Shown: positions 8,440 through 15,567, numbered from the stretch's first letter. The stretch: DNA of 32,000 nucleotides from Geotalea uraniireducens Rf4 (GCF_000016745.1 NC_009483.1:930001-962000), one strand, 5' to 3'. Program-made: numbers and translations. Notes: generated from the sequence alone by a model not told the origin.

Positions 8440-9243
8440 ATGAGCGATTTTTCCACCATTGCCTCCTTCTACAGAGAGAAGTCCCTGGTTCAGGCCAATG
8501 CGGGCAAACAGCTTATCGAACTACTGGAGATCGCGCCCGATACCGATATTCTCGATGTCGGCTGCGGCACCGGCAACCTGACGGCAGAGCTGCGCGAGAT
8601 TACCTCCGGCCGCGTGGTCGCCATCGACCCGGCCGAGGGGATGATCCGGCAGGCCCAAGCCCTTTATGGCAGCCAGGATATCGATTTCCGCATGGCCGAC
8701 GGCGATGCGCTGCCGTTCGACAACGAATTCGACCTGATCTTTTGCAGCTCGGTCTTCCAGTGGTTCCGGGAGCCGGCCGCCACCCTGGCGAACTTCGCGA
8801 AGGCGCTCCGTCCGGGAGGGAAGGTCGGGATACAGGCCCCGGCCACCAGCCGATTCTGCCCGAACTTCCTCGCAGCCATCGCACGCTGCCGCCGGGCGCC
8901 ACGGCTCGCCACCCTGTTTGCCGGATTCCGCTCTCCTTGGTTCTTCCGCGATTCGATCCACGAATACCGGACGCTGTTCGAGCAGGCCGGTTTCATCGTC
9001 ACCCACTGTCGCATCGACGAGACGCACCAGCGCTATACCGTGGACAAAGCCATCGACATCTTCAACTCCGGCGCGGCCGCAGGTTTTCTCAATCAGTCGT
9101 ACTATGCGGAGCCGCTACCGGCAGATTTCATTGAGCTGGTTTTGGAAGAGGTGAGGGCATCGTTCGAGGAACAGGCCGACGCTTCAGGGGAGATCGACCT
9201 GGTCTTTTACCGGCTTTTTGCGGTGATGCGGAACGTGGTGTGA
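8440..9243 (+). CDS. class I SAM-dependent methyltransferase
   Basis: Motif I ILDVGCGTGNLT, then FDLIFCSSVFQWF and LRPGGKVGIQ. The gene is divergent from the AraC regulator. Confidence 0.85.
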   Translation: MSDFSTIASFYREKSLVQANAGKQLIELLEIAPDTDILDVGCGTGNLTAELREITSGRVVAIDPAEGMIRQAQALYGSQDIDFRMADGDALPFDNEFDLIFCSSVFQWFREPAATLANFAKALRPGGKVGIQAPATSRFCPNFLAAIARCRRAPRLATLFAGFRSPWFFRDSIHEYRTLFEQAGFIVTHCRIDETHQRYTVDKAIDIFNSGAAAGFLNQSYYAEPLPADFIELVLEEVRASFEEQADASGEIDLVFYRLFAVMRNVV

Positions 9244-9427
9244 TGGTTCAGGGAAAGAGCTACGGAGCGGCATAAACCGGGCCGTTTGAAACCTTGCTGG
9301 AGTGGGATTTCATGGCGAAGGGAGAAGAGGCTTTGAAAAGAAAATTTTGAGCTATTTTTTTCTTATCCCATTTTGCAACATTGCAAGCCTGACCCGAGAT
9401 TTCGAGATTTTTCCCTATATTTGCAGG

Positions 9428-9455
9428 TTGACTTTGTACGTCACTGCCGTATAAT
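9428..9455 (+). promoter_or_regulatory. near-consensus sigma70 promoter driving the toxin-remnant/antitoxin locus
   Basis: TTGACT (9428-9433), a 16-nt spacer, then TATAAT (9450-9455). The ATG at 9462 is only 6 nt after the -10 box, so the transcript would be leaderless or nearly so. Confidence 0.55.
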
Positions 9456-9461
9456 CGGTGC

Positions 9462-9576
9462 ATGGTAACTTTTGTCGAATCGCCGCTGTTTACGAAGCAG
9501 GTTCATGATTACCTGACCGACGACGAGGACGATTCTCAAAACCCTCAAAGAGGAGATGGAACATGCGACTCAGTGA
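9462..9576 (+). pseudogene. internally deleted RelE/HigB-2-like toxin remnant
   Basis: The first 21 codons, MVTFVESPLFTKQVHDYLTDDE, resemble the N-terminus of HigB-2/RelE-type toxins encoded upstream of XRE antitoxins. From 9532 a different frame reads ILKTLKEEMEHATQ*, a plausible toxin C-terminus overlapping the antitoxin start. The 115 bp in total are roughly one third of an expected toxin gene. Confidence 0.45.
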
Positions 9577-9874
9577 AAAAGAACTGCTCGAACGCGATGC
9601 AAAACGTAACATCGGCGAGGAACTTCTCCAGGCTGTGCGGGACATAAAAGCTGGCAGGGTCGGGCGTGTTTCCACCATAGATGTTTCTCCCCTTGCGGCG
9701 GCCCGTCTCAAGATCGGCCTTTCTCAGAGCGAGTTCGCTCATTTGCTGGGAGTGTCTCTCCGAACCCTCCAGGAGTGGGAGCAAGGCCGTCGCACGCCAT
9801 CAGGCGCCGCGAAATCCCTCATCACCATTGCCATCAAGAAACCGGAAGTTCTAAAAGAACTGCTCGCCGCCTGA
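9563..9874 (+). CDS. XRE-family HTH antitoxin (HigA-2/NadS-like)
   Basis: RBS AGAGGAG. The HTH is LKIGLSQSEFAHLLGVSLRTLQEWEQGRRTPSGAAKSLI. The N-terminus MRLSEKELLERDAKRNIGEELLQAVRDIKAG is typical of this antitoxin family. Confidence 0.8.
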   Translation: MRLSEKELLERDAKRNIGEELLQAVRDIKAGRVGRVSTIDVSPLAAARLKIGLSQSEFAHLLGVSLRTLQEWEQGRRTPSGAAKSLITIAIKKPEVLKELLAA

Positions 9875-10014
9875 GGTTTCGAAAGCCATATTGTCCCTGT
9901 TGAGCCAACCTATTTATCCTCCTGCAAGCTGCGGGAGTTGACCAGACTGTTTTTCGGACCGGTCCAACTTCTTGGTTTGAACCTCGAATTTTACTTTTGT
10001 CTCGTGTCAAGGGC

Positions 10015-10046
10015 AGACCCCTTATAGCGCTGACCACTTATGGCGC
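10015..10046 (+). repeat. tandem pair of REP-like 16-mers (TGACCCCTTAT.GCGC family)
   Basis: AGACCCCTTATAGCGC followed by TGACCACTTATGGCGC, 13 of 16 identical. The same TGACCCTTAT core occurs at 16612-16649 and, inverted, at 15568-15580 and 19408-19482. Confidence 0.6.
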
Positions 10047-10065
10047 TTCATTTTCGGAGTAGAAT

Positions 10066-10314
10066 TCAGGCAGCACGCCCCATCTCTTCACGGATAACCT
10101 TGCGCAGGGTCTCTTCAAGATTGCCTGAATCCTTCGAGAGGTACTCTCGCAAAGCATCATTAATCAATGTCTGATACCCTTTGCCTGCCGCATCTGCACG
10201 AACACGGAACTCCTCGAGAATGGCGTCGTCAAGATAAATGGTAATCCGTGTCTTACCGGTTTGCGGCACAACAGCGCCACGCTTTGCTTTGGAAAAATCG
10301 TATTCAGCTTTCAT
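10066..10314 (-). CDS. brnA: BrnA-type antitoxin (CopG/RHH-like)
   Basis: MKAEYDFSKAKRGAVV ... TRITIYLDDAILEEFRVRADAAGKGYQTLINDALREYL is the characteristic BrnA pattern. It overlaps the stop of the upstream toxin gene by 11 nt. Confidence 0.85.
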   Translation of the reverse strand: MKAEYDFSKAKRGAVVPQTGKTRITIYLDDAILEEFRVRADAAGKGYQTLINDALREYLSKDSGNLEETLRKVIREEMGRAA

Positions 10315-10570
10315 AGTACTCCCTTTCTTTTGCGGTTGCCGGACGGGCCGAAATCATACGGATTTCTTCACCGCGGTATGAGAAGATGACAACAAGAAGC
10401 CTTCCTGTGGCATCCAAACCAATTGATATGAATCTCTGCTCTCCTTCCGCGTCCCTGTCTTCGCGCGTCAGGGCCATCGGGTCAAACAACACGGTTTCGG
10501 CATCGGAAAACCTGATCCCATGTTTGCGATAGTTGGTTGCAGCCTTGTTCGGGTCAAAGGTGATTTTCAT
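10304..10570 (-). CDS. brnT: BrnT-type ribonuclease toxin (DUF497)
   Basis: FDPNKAATNYRKHGIRFSDAETVLFDP ... RFISIGLDATGRLLVVIFSYRGEEIRMISARPATAKEREYY matches the BrnT/DUF497 family pattern. Confidence 0.85.
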   Translation of the reverse strand: MKITFDPNKAATNYRKHGIRFSDAETVLFDPMALTREDRDAEGEQRFISIGLDATGRLLVVIFSYRGEEIRMISARPATAKEREYYES

Positions 10571-10580
10571 GGCCTACCTA

Positions 10581-10609
10581 ATTGTATGTATTTTATATGC
10601 ATATGTCAA
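10581..10609 (-). promoter_or_regulatory. sigma70-type promoter of brnTA with a palindromic candidate operator
   Basis: The minus strand has TTGACA (10609-10604), a 17-nt spacer containing the palindrome ATATGCATAT, then TACAAT (10586-10581). The -35 box overlaps the MFS stop codon. Confidence 0.55.
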
Positions 10610-11892
10610 GGGTTGCCCCCACTGCCTCTCTGCACTTCTGACGCCGTCGCGGGCGTCGCATGGTGCTCGCTGCGGAAATGAAAATACGCCAAGGCCAGCG
10701 ATGCGGCTTGAAGCAGGGCGCAAAAATAGAACGGCGCGCCGATGCGCCAATCGCCGCGCTGCAAATGGGAAACCGTCGCAAGCAGCGGCGTGCTGAACAA
10801 GGGGGCCACTACCGCCATCAGGCTGTTCAGGGAGTTGACCGCCCCCAACGCCTGCCCCTGGCTTTGGGAGTCGGCGGCGCTGGAAATTATGCTTTGCAGC
10901 GACGCAGTAACCGTATAGCTAAGCAGATTCAGGAAGATTACTGCGTACATCATCCAGCCCTGGTTGGCTATGCCCCACAATATGTAGGCGATCGACGACG
11001 ACGCCAGTCCGGCAACCACAAGGCGTCGCGGACTAAAGCGTTTCAGCAGCCGTCCGAGCAGAAAACCCTGCACGACCAACGACATGATGCCGACCGCTGC
11101 GAGCGACCAGCCGTTTTCACGCGGTCCCCAGCCGAACTTGAAGGTCGTGTACAACACCCAACTGGTGAACAGCACGAATTGGGCAAGTCCGCTCAACGCA
11201 ACCACGGCGACCAATCGGCCGACACCGCTCAGCCGGGTCAGCGCGCGTAGCGACACGAGCGGGTTTGCCATCCGCCAGTGGAATGGGCGCCGGCGCTCGG
11301 CAGGGAGCGACTCGGGTAACACAAAATAGCCGTAGAGCCAGTTAATCATTGCAAAGGCGCCGGCGACGAAAAACGGGAGCTGTATGGTGATTGCGCCCAG
11401 CAGCCCGCCCATCACCGGCCCGACGATGAAGCCAACGCCGAACATCGCGCCCAACATGCCGAAACGCCTGGCACGCTCTTCGGGAACGGTGATATCCGCC
11501 ACATACGCGTTAGCCACGGCCGCATTGGCCTGCATCGCACCGCCCACCAGCCGCACCGCAATCAGCATCCACAACGCCGTGGAGAGCCCTGTTGCGAAAA
11601 AATTGAGGCCGAGTCCGCAAAAACCGAGCAAGAGCAACGGGCGGCGACCGTAAGCGTCGGACAGCGCACCGAGGATCGGCGAAGCGAAAAAATTCGCGAT
11701 TCCGAACGCGAACACCACGACGCCATACCAGAACGCCTGATTTGCTTGTGAGTCGGTGAAACTTCCGACCAACGACGGCAACACGGGAATGATCAAACCG
11801 ATAGACACCATGTCGATCAGCACGGTCAACATGATGAAAGGCATGGCCGCTGTGCGGTCGCGACGGGGCGAAAATAATTTGAAATTAATCAC
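10606..11892 (-). CDS. MFS efflux transporter, TetA/TCR-like (12 TM)
   Basis: MLTVLIDMVSIGLIIPVLPSLV and GALSDAYGRRPLLLLG (MFS motif A-like) resemble the TetA class. The start is uncertain: GTG at 11892 or ATG at 11844. The first 35 codons or so lie inside the 116-bp duplication. Confidence 0.85.
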   Translation of the reverse strand: MINFKLFSPRRDRTAAMPFIMLTVLIDMVSIGLIIPVLPSLVGSFTDSQANQAFWYGVVVFAFGIANFFASPILGALSDAYGRRPLLLLGFCGLGLNFFATGLSTALWMLIAVRLVGGAMQANAAVANAYVADITVPEERARRFGMLGAMFGVGFIVGPVMGGLLGAITIQLPFFVAGAFAMINWLYGYFVLPESLPAERRRPFHWRMANPLVSLRALTRLSGVGRLVAVVALSGLAQFVLFTSWVLYTTFKFGWGPRENGWSLAAVGIMSLVVQGFLLGRLLKRFSPRRLVVAGLASSSIAYILWGIANQGWMMYAVIFLNLLSYTVTASLQSIISSAADSQSQGQALGAVNSLNSLMAVVAPLFSTPLLATVSHLQRGDWRIGAPFYFCALLQAASLALAYFHFRSEHHATPATASEVQRGSGGNP

Positions 11893-11904
11893 GCTTAAAT
11901 ACTC
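11789..11904. repeat. 116-bp perfect direct repeat, left copy (part of the intact MFS gene)
   Basis: Checked base by base: identical to 16769-16884 at an offset of exactly 4980 bp. The flanking bases differ on both sides (11788 a vs 16768 c; 11905 g vs 16885 t). Confidence 0.95.
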
Positions 11905-11985
11905 GATCCTTTAGTTCGAAAAAAACTACGTCTCCGGCCGTCAAACCTGGAACTGCCCGGATGTCGCCTTTCTTTGTCGCTTCTG

Positions 11986-12042
11986 CCCAATTCGGCTTCG
12001 CAAATGACCTGCACGATTCCGTGTCAGATCAATTTGTTGGTT
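11986..12042 (-). other. degenerate attC-like site closing the RsgA cassette
   Basis: Minus-strand reading: GAACCAAC aaat TGATCTGACACGG aatc GTGCAGGTCA tttgcgaagccga ATTGGGC. It shares CTGAC.CGG, GCAGGTCA and AGCCG..TTGG with the 13261-13329 site. The R'' box CCAAC complements the GTTGG that starts the cassette. The R' box has decayed from GTT to ATT. Confidence 0.35.
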
Positions 12043-12133
12043 CAATCGTATCCTTCTCTTCAGGTTCCAAGAGTTGGAATATTCTTTTGCTTGTAAATGT
12101 GAATATGTGAAGGGCGTCCCCTATGCATCTATC

Positions 12134-13216
12134 TTATTTACGTGTGATTCCCAGATCTTTCTTGGCAGACTTGATGTAGCGACCAAATGCCTTATCCTTT
12201 TTTCGCTTTTCAAGATACGACAGATCATGAAACTCTGATTCACTCCTGAGTTTGATAAAGTTCTGATAGTGTGCCCGATGGAGACTTCCTTCCTCAATTG
12301 CACTCAAAACAGCACAACCTGGTTCGTTAGAGTGAGAGCAATCACTATATTTGCATTTCGATGCTAACGCATAGATATCAGCAAAGCTGTCGCCCATTCC
12401 TTCCTCAGCTCCTAAAATGCCAAATTCACGCATTCCTGGGTTATCTATCAACATTGCACCATTATCCAATATTATGAGTTCGCGACGCACCGTCGTATGT
12501 CGTCCCTCGCCTGTACCACTTACCACCTTGGTTTCAAGTATATGACGGCCAATCAACTGGTTGATCAATGTACTCTTGCCAACCCCTGATGAACCTAAAA
12601 GACAGTAGGTTTTTCCGGGCTGTAGAATTTCACGTACATTATTAACACCTTCGCCGGTGACGTTACTAAGCGCGATTACCTCCGTATTTATTCCAGCACT
12701 TCTAATTTTTTCTATTAGTTGTTGGAGAGTTTCAGGACTGACCAGGTCAGTTTTTGTAAGTAAAACGACAGGATGTACATGCCCATTTCTAACCATTACC
12801 AAGTAACGCTCAAGCCTGTTAACATTGAAGTCGAAATGACAGGCCTGGACTATTAAGGCTACGTCAATATTCGAGGCAATCATCTGGTATTCAATGATAT
12901 CTCCTGCAGCCTTACGACGAAGAACCGACTTTCTAGGAATGACGTCATGAATTATTCCATACATGTCAGAGGTGCTGTATTGAATGCATACCCAGTCTCC
13001 AACACATGGAAGATCAATTGATTGCTCGGTCATATATAGAAAACGGCCGGCAAGCTTTGCGCGAAATTCACCAGACTCATCTATTACAAGAAGTTGATCA
13101 CGATCCACAGCAACAACACGTGCAAGACGGTGTTCTGCCGAGCCCTTTTCATGTGCCTTTGCATCAAACCATTCATCCCATCCAAATTGATTTAGTTGTT
13201 CAGAAGCAGAGCTCAT
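12134..13216 (-). CDS. rsgA: RsgA/YjeQ-family circularly permuted GTPase (cassette-borne paralogue)
   Basis: The motif order G4 LLTKTDL, G1 GSSGVGKSTLIN, G3 DNPGMREF is the RsgA circular permutation. The C-terminal zinc knuckle is CKYSDCSHSNEPGCAV. The preferred start is the ATG at 13216, 7 nt after GAGGT; the track start (GTG at 13261) lies inside the attC R' box. The gene is AT-rich. Confidence 0.8.
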   Translation of the reverse strand: MSSASEQLNQFGWDEWFDAKAHEKGSAEHRLARVVAVDRDQLLVIDESGEFRAKLAGRFLYMTEQSIDLPCVGDWVCIQYSTSDMYGIIHDVIPRKSVLRRKAAGDIIEYQMIASNIDVALIVQACHFDFNVNRLERYLVMVRNGHVHPVVLLTKTDLVSPETLQQLIEKIRSAGINTEVIALSNVTGEGVNNVREILQPGKTYCLLGSSGVGKSTLINQLIGRHILETKVVSGTGEGRHTTVRRELIILDNGAMLIDNPGMREFGILGAEEGMGDSFADIYALASKCKYSDCSHSNEPGCAVLSAIEEGSLHRAHYQNFIKLRSESEFHDLSYLEKRKKDKAFGRYIKSAKKDLGITRK

Positions 13217-13260
13217 TTGACATACCTCAAAATGTACAGATTTTTTTCTCATTACTTTCA

Positions 13261-13329
13261 CGCCAACGGCTCACGGCGTGACCTGCGCGGCGCTGTTTGC
13301 CGCGTCAGAGTCTACGCCGCGGGTTATGC
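13261..13329 (-). other. attC-like recombination site
   Basis: Minus-strand reading: GCATAAC ccgc GGCGTAGAC tctgac GCGGC aaacagc GCCGC gcag GTCACGCC gtgagcc GTTGGCG. The stop codon TAA of the upstream ORF lies inside the R'' box. The 46-nt core differs at 2 positions from the site at 13951-14018. Confidence 0.7.
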
Positions 13330-13935
13330 AATTTTATAAATTATAGGGATAGCTATACCGTAAGCAACTGTAAGTACCCCAAGCGCTTCGGCTTTAACTC
13401 CACCAACAATTGCCGCTTTTAAATTAGTGTTAATTTCATTTATATCAGTTTTGATTGTGTTTATCTTTATACTTATTCTATCTTCAGAAGTCCTAATATC
13501 CCTTTTAAGTTCGTCTCTTGTTTTGTCGATTTTGTCATGAATTCTATTTACTTCTTGCAAGAGAAATTCAACTTTTTCTTCAGTATTTTTATGGCCAGGA
13601 ATCAGTCTTGCGTCGTATATCCCGCTGGCACTGAGAAGGGAATCAACTTGGAGGTTCACAGATTTTTGCTTGGCAATTAGGGGAAACCTCTTCAACCAAT
13701 CAAATATTGAATTTTTGATACTAGTTTTGGATACAATTCCAAGGTTACTATTGATCACCCAAATAATAATTAGGCCACCAATAATTTGAAATGCTGCACT
13801 AAAATTTGAATTTATTATCTGATTGTGAGATTGAAATATTCGTAGTGAGAAGAGGTGCACTGATACAAAAACTGGGAAGAGATGAAGAGGCCATGGTTCA
13901 ATTGACCATTTATATAATCTTTTAATTACCTTCAT
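13324..13935 (-). CDS. hypothetical membrane protein with a coiled-coil middle region (cassette ORF)
   Basis: 203 aa with RBS AGAGGGGAGAA. It has N-terminal TM helices, a charged coiled-coil segment (EEKVEFLLQEVNRIHDKIDKTRDELKRDIRTSEDRISIKINTIKTDINEINTNLK) and a C-terminal TM helix. It is very AT-rich, and I recognise no family. Confidence 0.7.
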   Translation of the reverse strand: MKVIKRLYKWSIEPWPLHLFPVFVSVHLFSLRIFQSHNQIINSNFSAAFQIIGGLIIIWVINSNLGIVSKTSIKNSIFDWLKRFPLIAKQKSVNLQVDSLLSASGIYDARLIPGHKNTEEKVEFLLQEVNRIHDKIDKTRDELKRDIRTSEDRISIKINTIKTDINEINTNLKAAIVGGVKAEALGVLTVAYGIAIPIIYKIA

Positions 13936-13950
13936 TTCTCCCCTCTTTTG

Positions 13951-14018
13951 CGATAACGTGTCGTGGCGTGACCTGCGCGGCGGTGTTTGCCGCGTCAGTG
14001 TCTACGCCGGTGTTGGCA
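13951..14018 (-). other. attC-like recombination site
   Basis: Minus-strand reading: TGCCAAC accg GCGTAGAC actgac GCGGC aaacacc GCCGC gcag GTCACGCC acgacac GTTATCG. It begins 6 nt after the stop of the 477-aa ORF and ends 15 nt before the start of the next ORF. Confidence 0.7.
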
Positions 14019-14023
14019 GCAGT

Positions 14024-15457
14024 CTATTTCCCGGATTTCGCTGTTGCCAAGACACCTACCAAAGATTTTGTCAGAGTCCGTTTTTCGGCACATTCGGATA
14101 TTTTGTCGTATCCATATTTGGTCATCAGGGCGAAAGGAGCGGCGGTTGCAAGAAATGGTGCAAGGGCTGGAAATAAACCAACTCCTGTAGCTGCGATTGC
14201 CATCACAGCAGTTTGGCCGTGAATTCGTCTATATTTTTCCTTTATGTCTCTTTGCTGCTTCTCATGCTCTGCAATTGCAATGGTAATCTCATGGCAGACC
14301 TCTGCTGCAACCTTATCTATATCTGTAAGAACCGATTCATGTAATCTGCCAACGGCATCTTGTAGCCGTTTTCGAAAGCCGACGTTCTCGTTGTCTTCTC
14401 TCAGTCGTATTAATGTATCAATTGATATATCGCCCAGCCAATCAAGTCTCTGAGAGGCGAGAGCTTCAATCAAGGCATTGGTTCTGGGGTTTATTAGACC
14501 AGTCTTTTCGAGTCGGGCATTGTTGGCGGTAGCAACTATCTTGTAATAGTGTGCGTGTTGATCGAGGCACATAAGCGGATGACAACCAAGTTCTTCCGCG
14601 TTTTCTAACAGATGATATTGTGGGGTAAGGCGTTCACAGATCCCGTTAAAGACACGTTGATGCTCCGGGATTCGTGCAAATATATCCAGCCACTCTTTTG
14701 ATCGCCACGTCTCCATCTCCACTTGGTATCGCTGCAATGCATCCACAAGAGGCTCATCAACAGGCCCTCCTGGCGCGACAAAAAGATGATTTCTGTCTAC
14801 GGTTGATAGAAATTTCTCGGGGTTTCGGTTTGCATAATCGAGAACCTCTTCAAGAGTTTCAAGTTTCTCATCAAGGGAGGCAGAGAACACACAACCAATA
14901 AGATGTGAAATCCCATCCTTTGTGTACTCATCTTTATCCTCTAAGATCTTTTCCATGCTCGGGAAAACGAGGACGGCGGGGTTCTGGAAGTTAGCGTCTA
15001 TGAGTGGTTTTATATGCAGGAGAGCATGAACGTTCTGAATTAAAGAGACGTGACGGAATTTTTCTTCCGTTCTTTCACGCTCAAGCCAAGGCATTACGGG
15101 GTCAGGAACGAAAACCGTGTCGCTATACAGGATACTTGTCGAGACAGAGTTCAATTGGCTTCCGAGGAATCGGCTGCCACCACCAAGAACTAATTTCATA
15201 CCGCCAAGCTGCTTTGCTAGGCGGAATGCTTCACCAGCATTCTTTCCATACAGTTGACGGAGTTGCTCTTCTAACCAAACGAAAGCATCCCAACTCCTTG
15301 GCGCAATTTGCTGGGCACGGGAACGAATTGTATCGGCGAAGTTGTCAATAGTACTGAAAGCAGTTGCTGTACTGCCGGTAGCCCTGATAAAGAACTCGTC
15401 AAGGATGGAAAAGAACGTTCGCTCATATTCTGTGATTAGTTTTATTGGGTCTTGCAT
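14024..15457 (-). CDS. hypothetical 477-aa protein with a C-terminal hydrophobic/TM segment (cassette ORF)
   Basis: Long ORF with RBS GAGGAAGGA. The C-terminus TAVMAIAATGVGLFPALAPFLATAAPFALM looks membrane-inserting. I recognise no conserved catalytic motif. AT-rich. Confidence 0.75.
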   Translation of the reverse strand: MQDPIKLITEYERTFFSILDEFFIRATGSTATAFSTIDNFADTIRSRAQQIAPRSWDAFVWLEEQLRQLYGKNAGEAFRLAKQLGGMKLVLGGGSRFLGSQLNSVSTSILYSDTVFVPDPVMPWLERERTEEKFRHVSLIQNVHALLHIKPLIDANFQNPAVLVFPSMEKILEDKDEYTKDGISHLIGCVFSASLDEKLETLEEVLDYANRNPEKFLSTVDRNHLFVAPGGPVDEPLVDALQRYQVEMETWRSKEWLDIFARIPEHQRVFNGICERLTPQYHLLENAEELGCHPLMCLDQHAHYYKIVATANNARLEKTGLINPRTNALIEALASQRLDWLGDISIDTLIRLREDNENVGFRKRLQDAVGRLHESVLTDIDKVAAEVCHEITIAIAEHEKQQRDIKEKYRRIHGQTAVMAIAATGVGLFPALAPFLATAAPFALMTKYGYDKISECAEKRTLTKSLVGVLATAKSGK

Positions 15458-15473
15458 TTCCTTCCTCGATTCA

Positions 15474-15566
15474 TGACAACTCCCTTATTCACCGGTTCAA
15501 CACGCGCGCATGAACCGGTGATCTACCCAAACGGAACATTTAATCTGTGAACATGAACAAAATAGA
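15474..15566 (-). other. class-B boundary element, copy 1 (palindrome-bearing, ends in GTTGTCA at the cassette start)
   Basis: Perfect 9-bp hairpin ACCGGTTCA acacgcgcgca TGAACCGGT. The 46-nt core at 15509-15554 is identical, apart from one position, to 24971-25016. The minus-strand 3' end GTTGTCA is a 6-of-7 complement of the R'' box TGCCAAC of the next attC-like site. Confidence 0.6.
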
Positions 15567-15567
15567 C

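Noticed and set aside
13261-14018. Regularly spaced near-identical 46-nt repeats considered as a CRISPR array
   Set aside because: There are only two near-identical copies. They are separated by a full-length ORF (about 620 bp) rather than a 30-40-bp spacer, they are strongly palindromic with RYYYAAC/GTTRRRY ends, and no cas genes are present.
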